The translations under genes and the position numbers were made by a program. A DNA stretch of 64,000 nucleotides from Octopus vulgaris (taxonomy: Eukaryota), in NCBI GenBank assembly GCA_951406725.2, contig OX597833.1, forward strand, positions 17,608,001 to 17,672,000, written 5' to 3'. Shown here piece by piece: positions 1 through 13,430 of this stretch (position 1 is its first letter; every line of letters begins with the position of its first letter). The notes under the pieces are model-generated. The model had not been told where the DNA came from, searched no databases, and saw only the letters and a list, made by a program, of their open reading frames with translations.

Positions 1-83
1 GCCCAAGATGCCACGCAGTGGGACTGAACCCGGAACCATGTGGTTGGTTAGCAAGCTACTTACCACACAGCCACTCCTGCACC
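1..83 (-). mobile_element. tRNA-derived SINE family A, head fragment
   Basis: Reverse complement of the head AGG.GCAGGAGTGGCTGTGTGGTAAG...GGTTCAGTCCC (A/B-box-like) seen in many copies in the window. Confidence 0.85.
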
Positions 84-242
84 TATGTATGTTTATGCAT
101 AGACAAGGATATGTATAGCTTTGTAAAGAATGATTCAGCGAAGTATGATAACGGAGAAGGCTTCGTAAGGTTCAGTGAATGTCAAATAAATTCTGACTGT
201 GCCATGCTAATGTGAATGACATAATATACGTAATCAGATGGG

Positions 243-457
243 TTAATACTCCTCTTATTGTATTTCTGTTGAAATACATTTTGAAAATAAGGAAGAATTT
301 AGTAAAATTTTCTCATCACGCTGGTAACTTATGTGTAAATGCACATACTATTTCTAGAGGAAATTTTCAATTAGAGTCTTTTAAAACGGGAATTTTATAC
401 CATAGAACTTAAGGGCGGTTTGAGGCGGTTTGGGGCGGTTTGGTATCGAAAGGGTGT
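243..457. mobile_element. Degenerate piggyBac-type MITE
   Basis: Shares TATTTCTGTTGA, AAGAATTTAGTAAAAT and TTGGTATCGAAAGGG with the copies at 55992-56717. Confidence 0.45.
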
Positions 458-517
458 AAAGTTTTCTGCCATTTTTTTTAACTGCTAAGCTTGCACGTTA
501 ACCTTTAAAAATTTGAC

Positions 518-860
518 CAGGTAAAGGGTAAAGACCCCCTTTGGTCATGAATGACCATGGGATTGCACCTAGAAAGTTCCCTTGTGAGGCACAAGTCTAG
601 GTAAAGTTGTTTATGGAAGACCAGCAGTTGGCCATGCATACCAACCTCCTCTCTCCATGCCACCAGTGTTGTCCAAGGGAAAGCCAAGGGCCGATACAGC
701 TTAGCATTAGTGACGTCGCAACTCATTTCTACAGTTGAGTGAACTGAAGCAACGTAAAATAAAGTGTCTTGCTCTAAAACGTAACACACAGCCCGGTCGG
801 GGAATCGAACTCACTACCTCATGATTGTGAGCCCGATGCTCTAACCACTGAGCCATGCAC
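518..860 (-). mobile_element. tRNA-derived SINE (family C variant)
   Basis: Inverted homolog of 12521-12838, with a tRNA-like head and a GCAAGACACTT CORE-like segment. Confidence 0.8.
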
Positions 861-1018
861 GCAACAAAACAAATCAACTAGTTACTGATTTAGGCTGGAG
901 GAGTCGGCATAAATGTAGAAGGCAGCGTTCAAAAATATTTTTAAACAGCCCTTAACGCCTGCACGTCTGATGGTGACGGCACTACCTTGATATGAACATA
1001 TATATGTATGTATTTATG

Positions 1019-1052
<34 letters not shown>

Positions 1053-1518
1053 TGTATGTACGTATGCATAAAATACTGAACTGGCTATGGATACTCACTA
1101 TACCTGTTAGGTACAGCGGATGTGTTTATTAGAAGCAAAAGCCCCACAAAAGGCTCATCTGTTTTAACGAGTCTAGATTCAAGTTATCAGGAGCGTATTG
1201 GATGTCCATGCGTATATGACTCTAATGCAGTGGGTAGCTGGATATGCCTGACGTTACATATCATAATCACCCTTTGTGTAATTACTCTATCTGACAAACT
1301 TGATGATGTTGAAGTGCAAACGTCATCTAATGTCTTTTTTCTCTCTTATTTGTTTCAGTCACTGGGCCGCAGTCACGCTGAAGTGCCACCTTGAAGGTTT
1401 TTAGTCGAACAATTTCCCCCTGTAATATTTTTTAAGCCTGGTGTATATTCCACCGGTCTCTTTTGCTGAACTAATAAGTAACAGGTTCATAAACAACCAA
1501 CACCAGTTATCAAGCGGT

Positions 1519-1823
1519 TGTTTGTTTGTTCCTTCTCGAGCCATGTCTGGCTCATAAGGGCCGGTTTCCCGGTTTCCTTGGCGTATAGGTTCCCCACTTG
1601 GACAGGACACCGGTCCGTCGCAGGTGAGCTGCAAGATGCAGGAGGAAAGAGTGAGAGAAAGTTTGGCGAAAGAGTCAGCAGAAGTTCGCCATTACCTCCT
1701 GCCGGAGCCGCGTGCAGCTTAGGTGTTTCGCTCAGAAACACACACATCGCCCGGTCTGAGATTCGAACCCGTGATCCCTCCACCGCGAGTCTGCTGCTCT
1801 AACCACTAGGCCATGTGCCTCCA
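1519..1823 (-). mobile_element. Full-length tRNA-derived SINE with 15-bp TSD, nested in an older family-A SINE
   Basis: CAGTTATCAAGCGGT duplicated at 1504-1518 and 1824-1838. Head GGAGGCACATGGCCTAGTGG...GGTTCGAATC, tail (AAAC)n. Confidence 0.9.
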
Positions 1824-2325
1824 CAGTTATCAAGCGGTGGTGAGGAAGAAACACAAACATGCACATATACATATACACTCATACACTTACATGCATACTT
1901 CTACTGACAAGGCTTTGGTTGGCCATGAGCTATAGGAGAAAACGTTTAGCCAATGTGCTGCGCATTGGGACCGAACCGAAGATGAATGTTAGAATATAGT
2001 AAGGATATTAAGAATATCTTTGACAAAATATAGAACTTATGAAGAATTGTTGCAACAAGCAAATACACACAAAAAAAGGGGGATTACGCTCAACTATTAA
2101 AAAAACTGAAGCTGATATAGGGCATTGCCCAAGGACTTATAACAGACGAACTGTAGACAGGAACTTCACTGCGGGTTAGCTAATGAGCTGGGCTGCAGTG
2201 AAGGGAACTTCCGGTTAAGTGGGATTTCTCTGAAGCAGGAGTCGGCCGATCGTTTTCGCCCTCGCAATGTATAACTGACAGTGACAAAATAAATTCTACA
2301 TCCACACCCTCTTGTTTTCTGTTGA

Positions 2326-2372
<47 letters not shown>

Positions 2373-2387
2373 CTTAACCAAGCTATT

Positions 2388-2615
2388 CTGAAGTACTTTG
2401 GAGACATAGTAAAGGCACAACGTATACATAGATTATTAATAGAAGGGAAGATAAATGGCAGACACTGGAGAAGAAAACCTAGAACAAACTGGTTTGATAA
2501 CGTCAAGGACTGTGGAGTAAATAAATTATCAAATGGTAAATGTATATGAACGGCAGAGAAAAGGTCCGAATGGAGATCATTGATGTTCAACTTGCTGAAA
2601 GCAGACGACACGTGA
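2388..2615 (+). mobile_element. RTE-clade LINE 3' remnant
   Basis: Translates as LKYFGDIVKAQRIHRLLIEGKINGRHWRRKPRTNWFDNVKD, matching the RTE ORF C-terminal pattern (LKYFGH...EGKI.G.R.RGRP...W.D). Confidence 0.75.
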
Positions 2616-2639
2616 AGATGAGCAGCAGCAGCAGCAGCA

Positions 2640-2776
2640 TCTTCTTCTTCTTCTTCTTCTTCTTCTTCTTCTTCTTCTTCTTCTTCTTCTTCTTCTTCTT
2701 CTTCTTCTTCTTCTTCTTCTTCTTCTTCTTCTTCTTCTTCTTCTTCTTCTTCTTCTTCTTCTTCTTCTTCTTCTTC
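2640..2776. repeat. (TTC)n microsatellite preceded by (CAG)n
   Basis: Direct reading. Confidence 0.98.
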
Positions 2777-3454
2777 CAATCAGGACTCACGCCATTAGCC
2801 ACAAACAATAATAGTCTCTAATTCGAGCCTACTCTAAGCTACTAAGAATGCGTGTGGCAACTTGAAGATCCACCCACCACACGCGATAGACTGGCGGTTG
2901 CACGGGCGCGAAAGCTACGTTGTTATCCTCATTCCAAAAACAGTGGCTTTTAACGGGTGGAGAGCTGAACCATCCTGGGGTACAGAGGATTCGCAATCTA
3001 GACTAGGGTCTGAAAGTTTTACCACACCATAGTGGGTTACACCATTTTTCCTCTGCTTTGTGAAAGAAGTAGGAAGAAAGACTGGGAGAAAGTTGTGGTG
3101 AAAGAGTACAGCGGGGCTCACCAACCACCCCGCGCCGGAACCTCGTGGAACTTAGGTGTTTTTTGCTCAATAAACACTAACAATGCCCGGACTGGGAATC
3201 GAAACCGCGTTCTTACGGCCGCGAGTCCGCTGCCCTAACCACTGGACCATTGTGACTCCACTGATGGTGTGGTTGCGTGTGCATGTTGAATTTTGGTGCG
3301 ACACTAAAAAACATCACCAATATCTGACTCTAAGCAACTATAAACATAAAGTAGTGTATGGAAATGCTAACATTAGGAGCGCAGGCCGAGTGACCTAATG
3401 TACGCCATTTTGATTCATATGCTTGTTTTCAGTGCTGTCTGTGCCTCCACGCGC

Positions 3455-3552
3455 ACGCGCGTGCGTGTGTGTGTCTGTCTGTGTGTTTGTCTGTGTTTGT
3501 GTGTGTGTGTGTGTGTTCTTGTGTGTGTGTGTTCTTGTGTGTGTGTGTGTGT

Positions 3553-3606
<54 letters not shown>

Positions 3607-3869
3607 ATGTGTGTGTACATGTGTGTGTGTGTACATGTGTGTGTGTGTGTACATGTGTGTGTGTACATGTGTGTGTGCGTGTGTGTGCGCGTGTGTGTGT
3701 ATGTGTGTGTGTATGTGTGTGTGTGTGTTCTTGTGTGTGTGTACTTGTGTGTGTGTGTGTGCGTGTGTGTGCGTGTGTGTGTGTGTGTGTTCTTGTTGTG
3801 TGTGTTTGTGTGTGTGTGTCTGTGTGTGTGTGTATGTGCGTCTCTGTGTGTCTGTGTGTCTGTGTATGT

Positions 3870-3922
<53 letters not shown>

Positions 3923-4575
3923 TGTTAATGTGTGGCTAGTGTAGCTCTACAGAGATAGTCTCCATGGATTTCTTTGCGTGCGTGAAAGGAGTACGTTTGG
4001 TGGGGTAGGTGTTTATTATGGATGTGCGTGTGTGTGCGCCCCGCTTGTGTGTATCTGTCCGCGGACGCGCGTATTTACACATGCATGCGCGCGCGCGCAA
4101 GTTTTAGGGTAGAGTTAGTCTGTAAACGAGATGCAGGTCAGATAATAGGGGCGGGAAGTGATTTAGGAACAGGATGGTAGGGAAATAAATAGGGTTTGTT
4201 TTTGAAAGAGGTGTTATATTACAGTCCGTGGATTCCAATAAGGGCTGCCAGTTCGGTCGTTTCTGTGAGTGTGTGTGTGTGTGTGAGAGAGAGAGTGTGT
4301 GTGTGTGTGTGTGTATGTGTGTGTATGTGTGTGTGTGAGTGAGTGTGTGTGTGAGTGTGTGGGTGTGTGTATGTGTGTGTGTGTGTGTGTGTATGTGTGT
4401 GTGTGAGTGTGTGTGTATGTGTGTGTGTATGTGTGGGTGTGTGTATGTGTGTGTGTGTGAGTGTGTGTGTGTGTATGTGTGTGTATGTGTATGTGTGTGT
4501 GTAAGTGTGTGTGTGTATGTGTGTATTTGTGTGTGCGTGTGTGTATGTGTGTGTATGTGTGTGTGTGTGTGTGTG
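3455..4575. repeat. Two long imperfect (TG)n tracts (about 3455-3920 and 4265-4575)
   Basis: Direct reading. Confidence 0.97.
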
Positions 4576-4793
4576 GTTTTTATAGTATTCGTGTAAGTGT
4601 AAGTAGAACACTACTCGGTGTCAGAGTGAGTGTCCTTCTTCGTGGATTCTTCGAGTGTGGGTTTGCGTCTGTGCAATTGTGTGGTTGATGTGGATCTACA
4701 TGGTTGGATCTTCGTGAGTTTGGTACTATACGCGTGTCTACGTGAATTCATGAACTGGATGTATTGCCGCTACGATACGGGAACATAAACACC

Positions 4794-4839
<46 letters not shown>

Positions 4840-4881
4840 AACTTGAATGTGTACGTGTATGTGTATGTATAAATATTTATT

Positions 4882-4961
<80 letters not shown>

Positions 4962-4987
4962 TAGATATAGATATGTGTGTGTGTGTG

Positions 4988-5240
4988 GAGGCGCGTGGCA
5001 TAGTGGTTAGGGTGTCAGCATCATGATCGTAAGATTGTGGTTTCGATTCCTGGACCGGGCGACGCGTTGTGTTCTTGAGCAAAACACTTCATTTCACGTT
5101 GCTCCAGTCCACTCAGCTGGAAAAAATGAGTAACACTCCAATGGACTGGCATCCCGTCCAGCTGGGGAACACATACGCCATTGAAACCAAAAAACCAGGC
5201 CCATGAGCCTGGCTAGGCTTTAAAAGGGTGCATTTATTTT
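4988..5240 (+). mobile_element. tRNA-derived SINE family C
   Basis: Near-identical to 13840-14075 and 14081-14335. Confidence 0.85.
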
Positions 5241-6022
5241 ATGTTGTGTGTGTGTGTGTGTGTGTGGAGGCGCAATGGCCCAGTGGTTAGTGCAGCGGAC
5301 TCACTGTCGTAGGATCGCGGTTTTGATTCCCAGCCCGGGTGTTGTGAGTGTTTATTGAGCGAAAACATCTAAAGCTCCACGAGGCTATGACTGGAGTATC
5401 ATCTTGAAGTTTTTTTTTAGTCGAACAAATCGACCCCAGACCCCAGGACTTATTCTAAGCCTAGTATCCGACTCTTTAGCCGAACCGCTGTTACGGGGAC
5501 GTAAACACAGCAACATCGGTTGCCAAGCGGTGATGGGGTGACAAACACAGACACAAAGACAAACACACCTTGATATATACATACATACATATATATGTGT
5601 ATGTATGGGGGGGACGGTCGATAAAATAAATATCAGTTAAACACTAGGGCCGATCTAATTGAAATTGCCAAGTTTGATTAAATTGATAAAGTTTGATTAA
5701 AGTTTTCATTTGTGTCATTGAAACAGCTGTAGAGCAAACAGAACAAATGAAATTTTTGAAATGTTATTGAAATTACTTTTGTTTTTGCTTCTAAATATTC
5801 TTCTCTGGCCATTCTTTTAGTGAATTTCAAATTTTATGCACTACAATATCTAAGATTGGCATTGTACTAAAGTAATAATATAAAGAAGTTTAACGACGCG
5901 TTAAAAAATTGAGGTGTTGCATCGTGAGGATATATTTTCCCAGTGCATAGCTATTTATTCAATGTTTAATTAGACAGACAGACAGACAGTGTACCCGCAG
6001 TGTATATGTGACTGACTCTCTC

Positions 6023-6416
6023 TCTTTTACTCTTTTACTTGTTTCAGTCATTTGACTGCGGCCATGCTGGAGCACCGCCTTTAGTCGAGCAAATCGACCC
6101 CGGGACTTATTCTTTGTAAGCCCAGTACTTATTCTATCAGTCTCTTTTGCCGAACCGCTAAGTGACGGGGACGTAAACACACCAGCATCGGTTGTCAAGC
6201 AATGCTAGGGAGACAAACACAGACACACAAACACATATATATACATATATACGACAGGCTTCTTTCAGTTTCCGTCTACCAAATCCACCCACAAGGCATC
6301 GGTCGGCCCGGGGCTATAGCAGAAGACACTTGCCCAAGATGCCACGCAGTGGGACTGAACCCGGAACCATGTGGTTGTTTAGCAAGCTACTTACCACACA
6401 GCCACTCCTGCGCCTA
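6023..6416 (-). mobile_element. Full-length SINE family A
   Basis: tRNA-like head, internal (TA)/(CA) tract, (GTAAAAGA)n tail. Near-identical to 14925-15330, 46713-47104 and 55121-55513. Confidence 0.9.
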
Positions 6417-6629
6417 TATGTATGCAAAGGGATCGGCTTCATTTAATCAATCTGTTTACATATATTAAGACAAACTTGACTTCAATAAAGAAGCAACAGC
6501 ATCCGAACGATGATATTTTGAAAGAAAATATATTGGCTCAGAATTTGAAATTAAAGATTTTGTTATCTTTCTAAACAAATACGCTGAATCTTCAGACATT
6601 TGTCATCTCTGTGGGTGACGTGGGTTATA

Positions 6630-6866
6630 GGATAGTGGTTTCAAATTTTGGCATTTCAGATTTTGGCACTGGGGCCGGCAGCTTTCGAGGTGGAGTGGCG
6701 ACGTCGATTACATCGATCCAGAACACAACTGGTACTTATTTTCTCGACTCCGAAAGGATGAAAGGCAAAGTCTACCTTGGCAGAATTTGAACTCTGAACG
6801 TAAAGACAGGTGGAATGCCGCTAAGCATTTTGCCCGGCATGCTAATGATTCTGTCAGGTAGCAACC

Positions 6867-6868
<2 letters not shown>
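6630..6868 (-). mobile_element. SINE family B, followed by (AAT)n/(AAG)n
   Basis: GAGTTCAAATTC.GCC.AGGT.GACTTTGCCTTTCATCCTTTCGG motif shared with 9258, 15970, 21466, 28800 and 41690. Confidence 0.8.
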
Positions 6869-6934
<66 letters not shown>

Positions 6935-7719
6935 AAGAAGAAGAAGAAGAAGAAGAAGAAGAAGAAGAAGAAGAATTAGGGACAGCTAGGATAGTTACTT
7001 GCTGTAATCCAACAAGGAGGGTTCTTGGCAAGGTTACTTGTAGCCCGATATTAGTATTCTATTTTTTCCAACAGTCTTATCTGGAAATGCTAACATTAGG
7101 TGCAGGACGTGTAACCTGAACAAGGAGGACGCATTATTTTCGGTTGTTCAGTCTTTACCAAGTCAAACTATATACACCGATACGGTCGATAAGGTCTTTT
7201 ACTGAACTGCTAAGCTACGAGACACAAACAAACCAGCACCGGTTGTCAAATACTGGTAGTAGTGGACAAACACAAAGACACATACATACAAACACACCTA
7301 CATACATTTATACACACACACACACACATACACACATAAATGGCGGACTTCCACTCAGTTCCACGTTGTTCGGCCTGTGTCCATAGAAGTCATTGACCCA
7401 AAGTATTACACAGTGGGGCTGATCCCCGCAAACCATGTGGTTACATGAGGTTATGGCCAAAATGAAAAGTGTCTATCTCTGGCCATTTCAACCTTTTCCA
7501 CAATACTATCTCTTTCAGCACGAAGTTTTGTCAGTGAACAGGTCGCGGTCTCAATGCGACGAAAATATTTTTACAAATTAAATTTAAATGTTGAAGTGAA
7601 TCTAATGGTCTTTTGTGTGTTTCTTAAATAGCTAATAAACACCTTCCACACTGCAATTGTTTTCGTTCCAGCGCACGATCTCAGATCAAGTCACTCGCTA
7701 TGCAAGTACATCTCCGTAA

Positions 7720-9000
7720 ATCTCTTTCAGCACAGCCATCAAAAGAAGGCGGCAAGATAATCTTCAGGATAGACACGGCTGATAGAGTTGGATCCATAGC
7801 TCTCAACAACTGCTATCCAACATAACTCCACTGTTCGGCAATTCTCGAGCACAGAATATGTGCCTACATAACGGTCACTTATCCATGCTGTGCGCATTTC
7901 GGAGAGGTTTGATTGTTGGTTCCGTCATACCTGTAGAATTTCTCCCGAACCAATATTATCCTCACTGCTCGTTAGTTTGCTATACAAAGGATTTCTATCT
8001 GTAGCTCTCTCGGGTATCAGGACAAAATTCCCTCGAGGACGAAAACTCCCGGACAAATTTTACCAAAAACATATCAACTAATTAATATTTTCGATTTTTT
8101 AATAAAATTTCACTTCCCTAAAATATTTTTATTGTAAAGGAAGAATAATATCCCGGGGGATAGTGACTGCCGGAGGATTTTGTCCGGGGACGATTTTGTC
8201 CTTGGGGGGGATTTTGTCCTCGCGGGGATTTTGTCCAGGGGGATTTTGTCCGGGGCGGATTTTGTCCTTGGGGGGGGGATTTTGTCCTCGGGGGGATTTT
8301 GTCCTCGGGGGATTTTGTCCAGGGGGATTTTGTCCAGGGGGATTTTGTCCTCGGGGGATTTTGTCCTCGGGGGGATTTTGTCCAGGAGGATTTTGTCAGG
8401 GGGGGGGATTTTGTCAGGGAGGGATTTTGTCCTCGGGGGGATTTTGTCCAGGGGGATTTTGTCCTCGGGGGGATTTTGTCCAGGGGGATTTTGTCCTTGG
8501 GGGGATTTTGTCCTCAGGGGGATTTTGTCCAGGGGGATTTTGTCCTCGGTAGGATTTTGTTCTAGTACCATTCTCCCAGCTGAAGGCAAAGCTCTCTGTA
8601 GTAAATTATCCGGTGATACTCATTGGTACTTAGTGTCCCTGAGAACGCCATCCTAATACAAAACTATTGTAGAATGCAAGGGTCGAGGTGCCATCGATAG
8701 TATTGCCTGATTGACAGAGAACTGTGACAGTCTGATATTGCAGAAGCTAGGTACCGTCCAATATTTGGTTTCGTTGCCCCCAGAGCTGTAGCTACATCAG
8801 AGATGAACTTTGGGAAGGTATGCCTGTCAAGTGGCTGTTTCACCTGTTCCCTGTCCAAGAACCTCTGCAAGGGCCTCAGCCTCAGAGCAAGTCCGAGCTT
8901 CAAAGCCACTGCGTACCAAGTCCTCAGCCGAATGAGCTTGGCAGCAGATCGTTCTTCCGACCACTGGAGTGCGCTCAATTGCAAGAAACGATAGTGTAAC
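7720..9000 (-). mobile_element. Highly degenerate L1/Tx1-like LINE ORF2 remnant, interrupted by the 8013-8569 element
   Basis: Minus-strand peptides PVVGRTICCQ, LALRLRPLQRFL and LVREKFYRY...SPKCAQ..VTVM*AHILCSRIAEQWSYV resemble Tx1 post-RT and zf-RVT motifs. Many stops and frameshifts. Confidence 0.5.
8013..8569. mobile_element. Foldback/MITE-like element with an expanded 15-17 bp GGGGATTTTGTCC array (about 8172-8560)
   Basis: Imperfect TIRs: GGTATCAGGACAAAATTCC on the left, reverse complement GGTACTAGAACAAAATCC on the right. About 3 inverted unit copies on the left and more than 20 on the right. Confidence 0.7.
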
Positions 9001-9257
9001 AACAATAATAATCCTTTCTGCTACAGACACAAAGACTGAAGTTTGTGGGGAAGGGAACTCGTGTCGATTACACTGACCCCCAATGCTCAACTGCTAATTT
9101 ATTTTATGGTACGTATTTCATCAACTCCGAAGGGATCAAAAGCAAAGCTGACCCCTTCAGAATTTGAAGAAAAAAGGAAAAGATAAAGGACTGGAGTCCC
9201 AGTATGGCCATGGTGCAATGAATGAAAGAGTGGAAGAAGCGAAAGACAAAAGTTCTA

Positions 9258-9455
9258 CGGCGGCGAGCTGGGAGAGTCGTTAGCGCACTGGACAAAATGC
9301 TTAAAGGCATTCTGAGTTCAAATGCCACCGAAGTCGACTTTGCATTTTTATTTTTTCAGAGTCGATGAAATACGTACCAGTTGAGCACTGGGGTCGATGT
9401 ATTCGACTTGCCCTCTCACCCACAATTTCAGGCCTTGTACCTTTAGTAGAAAAGA
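9258..9455 (+). mobile_element. SINE family B
   Basis: Head GGCGGCGAGCTGG...GTCGTTAGC, shared body motif. Confidence 0.75.
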
Positions 9456-10280
9456 TTGTTATGTATCGTTCTTGGATGAGCGGCAGCCTGATGTAAAGGG
9501 TCAGGGTGATGCGTAAAAAATTACACCAGTGATGGTGATGCTGAAAGTGGCAGGCGACTTGGTTTTTCCATTTAGGATACGCTGAACACAAATGAAAGCC
9601 TGGAAAAAAACAGATGGATATATCCTGACACCCGTTAAAAGTGTGTTTCCTGTCATGCATCAACTTTATAACAGACTTCAAAACGAATGAAGAAAGATTT
9701 TTTATTATTATTATTATTATTATTTTTTGTAGTATTATTATTTATAAGGGGCCGCCGTTACATAGATTGCTGGAAAGGTGTTATAACTCATGAACGAAAA
9801 TTATATAAGAGATTTTTCACAGCAATTTTCTTTCAATCGCCATCTGGCGAAAAAACCCCAGATAAGTTAACAACAAAACGAAAAACGAAAAAAAGACAAA
9901 AACGAAACGAAACGAAAAACTGTTAAAACAAAAAGTTAAATTTACTTGCTTCCTCTTGCAGTGAAAAGGATAATTAATTGTGATTTATCTTGTGTACTAT
10001 TGTAATTATCTTCTCTTTGCTTATCGTTCTCAGCTTTATAATGAGCTTCTCTCGCTGCTATCATGTGCACAGCATCCCTTTAAGAAACTATGTTAGCTAT
10101 AAACTGCGTCATCAGTTTCGCCAACAGCCGTGTAAACAGCAGCAGCAGCAGCGCTTATTCTACAGTTTTTAAAACCCAACCCAACATAAAACTATTTAAG
10201 TAATTTTCTTTTTTCTTACACAACTCTGTATTACGCTCTCGACGCACCACTGATATGAGGAGTTTACAAGAAAATAACTA

Positions 10281-11195
10281 CCGCCAATTCATCTGTTACG
10301 CTCGTACAAGCATTTAAGTTTTCCAAAGTATTAACTGGATTTACGTTAAAATGATTAAAAGAGAGAGATTAAAGCATTATTTTGACGTACCTCGGGAGGT
10401 TCATTACGCCAATAATAAACACACGCACTGATTAAATTTCACTTCTTTATTCGTATTCGTCAATTGATTAGTCATTTAACCACCAATTCGTCTGCTACGC
10501 ACGTACAAGCATTTGCGTTTTCCAAAGTATTAACTGGTTTTACGTTAAAATGATTAAGAGAGAGAGATAAACCAAGATCATGCTGAACTGGATTAAGCTA
10601 GATAAATTAAACGATTATTTTGTCGCACCTTGGGAAGTTCATTACGCCAATAATAAACACACGCACTGATTAAATTTCACTTCTTTATTCGTATTCGTCA
10701 ATTGATTAGTCATTTAACCACCAATTCGTCTGCTACGCACGTACAAGCATTTGCGTTTTCCAAAGTATTAACTGGTTTTACGTTAAAATGATTAAGAGAG
10801 AGATAAACCAAGATCATGCTGAACTGGATTAAGCTAGATAAATTAAACGATTATTTTGTCGCACCTTGGGAAGTTCATTACGCCAATAATAAACACACGC
10901 ACTGATTAAATTTCACTTCTTTATTCGTATTCGCCAATTGATTAGTTATTTAACCACCAATTCATCTGTTACGCTCGTACAAGCATTTACGTTTTCCAGA
11001 GTATTAACTGGATTTACGTTAAAGTGATTAAGAGAGAGAGAGATAAACCAAGATCATGCTGAAATGGATTAAACTAGATAAATTAAACCATTATTTTGTC
11101 GCACATCGGGAGGTTCATTACGCCAATAATAAACACATGCGCTGATTAAATCTCACTTCTTTATTCGTATTCGCCAATTGATTAGTTATTTAACT
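10281..11195. repeat. Tandem repeat, 4 units of about 199/238/236/240 bp
   Basis: Marker CCAATTC recurs at 10284, 10483, 10721 and 10957. Units are highly similar. Confidence 0.95.
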
Positions 11196-11314
11196 AACTA
11201 AATTGCGTGCTTTAATCACTCAGTTCATCAACCAATGACAAGTCCTCTCTACTTCAGAACAGCTTCAGATATGTCTCTTTATATTTTCTTAGAAAGTAGC
11301 ATTCAACATTTACA

Positions 11315-11745
11315 TAAGCGCAGCAGTGGCTGAGTGGTAAGAAGCTTGCTTTTCAACGTCGTGGTTCCGGGTTCAGTCCCATTGCCTGGTAACTTGAGCA
11401 GGTGTGTTTTACTATAACCTCGGACCGACCAAAGCCTTGTAAGAGGATTTGGTAGACGGAAACTGAAAGAATCCCGTCGTATGTACATTTTTACATATAT
11501 ATGTGTGTGTGTGTGCGTGCGTGCGTGTATGTGTGTGTTTGTGTGTGTCTGTGTCTGTGTCCCTCCATCACCACTTGACAGCCGGTGTGGGTGTGTTTAC
11601 ATCCCCGTAATTTAGCGGTTCGGCACAAGAGATCGCTAGAATAAGTACCAGGCTTAAAAATAAGAACTGCGATCGATTCATTCGACTAAAAATTCAATGC
11701 GGTGCCTCAGCATGGCCGCAGTTTACTTGCTGAAAAAGGTAGAGA
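11315..11745 (+). mobile_element. SINE family A (diverged)
   Basis: Similarity to the other copies. Confidence 0.8.
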
Positions 11746-12066
11746 TAAAATACACAAACGTTTATATACGTAATAACTTATCCAATTTATATTTTTTTAT
11801 CGTTTACTTGTTTCAGTTATTGGACTGCGACCATGCTGGAGCACCAGTCTCGAGTTTAGTCCAACAATGTGGCAGCCATGCCTTTTTTTTTAAAGTCTGG
11901 TACTTATTCCATCGGTCTCTTTATGTCGAACTACTAAGCTACAAGGACGCAAACAAAATGGTAGTAGAATAGTATTTTAACTGCTATTTCTAAATTACGG
12001 TATGTGGTGAAGCAAATTTTGCTGAACCCTAATTATAATTATGTTCATAATTATAGAATTTTTGTA

Positions 12067-12109
<43 letters not shown>

Positions 12110-12111
<2 letters not shown>

Positions 12112-12374
12112 GTTTAAATATTTGTTGTGCAAGATTTTTTATGTGAAGTCGTGTGTTGAAACAGATATTGTTGTATTTAGGAATGGTCATTTTGCCAGTT
12201 TAGCCAATAAAAACACACGCACTATATATTTGGTGTTACTTTGCTTCAGTGTTATTCTGGCCGAAATAAGATTAAGATTAATGTAAAAAATAAATAACAC
12301 TGAAGCAAAGTAACACCAAATATATAGTGCGTGTGTTTTTATTGGCTAAACTGGCAAAATGACCATTCCTAAAT

Positions 12375-12384
<10 letters not shown>
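12110..12384. mobile_element. (TA)n-embedded fold-back element with 92-bp perfect arms (12165-12256 / 12293-12384)
   Basis: Direct reverse-complement match, flanked by (TA)n. Confidence 0.85.
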
Positions 12385-12411
<27 letters not shown>

Positions 12412-12456
12412 CACACACACACAGACACACACACACACACACACACACATACATAC

Positions 12457-12504
<48 letters not shown>

Positions 12505-12520
12505 CTGTGTGTGTATGAGA

Positions 12521-12838
12521 AGGCGCATGGCTCAGTGGTTGAAGCATCGAGCTTACGATTGTGAGATTCAGAGCTCGATTCCCGGACCGGGCTGCGTATT
12601 GTGTTCTTGAGCAAGACACTGTATTTCACGTTACCCCAGTTAACTCAGCTGTAGAAATGAGTTGCGACGTCACAAGTGCCAAGCTGTACCGGCCCCCTTT
12701 GCCTTTCCCTTGGATAACACTGGGGGCGTGGAAAGGGGAGACCGGTATGCATGGGTGACTGCTGGCCTTCCTCAAACAACCTTGCCTTAACTTGTGCCTC
12801 GGAGGGTAACTTTCTAGGTGCAATCCCATGGTCATTCA
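12521..12838 (+). mobile_element. tRNA-derived SINE (family C variant), 3'-truncated
   Basis: Head GGCGCATGGCTCAGTGG, homologous to 518-860. Confidence 0.85.
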
Positions 12839-12903
12839 TCACACACACACACACACATATATATATGTATATGTATGTGTATATATATATAATATATATA
12901 TAT

Positions 12904-13361
12904 ATGAAGTGTTTTGCTCAAGAACACACCGCGTCGCCCGATCCAGGAATCGAAACCACAATCTTACGATCATGATGCTGACATCCTAACCACTAAGTAG
13001 GCAGGTTATGACTAGCACGTAAATCTGAATTTGATGGTTTCTTGGCGGAAAGAGACGATTTGGCGCAGCTGTTTTGACGCTGATGATTTTGGCACGGCTG
13101 AGTAGACATTCAGCCTGCTTTGGTGACAATACATTTTGGACTGGAGAGAAATACATACACACACACACACACATTCACACACACACGCACACATATTCAC
13201 ACACACACACACACACACACACACGGTGTTTAGGTTTAGAGTGATGGTGATGATGAATCTGAGTCAACCTGCTTTAAAGCTCAAGGTATTAATATTGAAT
13301 GCTACTTTCTTTTTCGTTAGTTCACGTACTTGGGTGTGTGTATATGTATGTGCGTGTATTT

Positions 13362-13430
<69 letters not shown>

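Noticed and set aside
8110-8656. GGFCP/DKIP repeat ORFs and a CRISPR-like look
   Set aside because: This is a minisatellite within a TIR element. There are no unique spacers or cas genes, and the context is eukaryotic.
9836-9851. CTCF-like motif TCGCCATCTGGCG
   Set aside because: A single short match cannot be supported without binding data.
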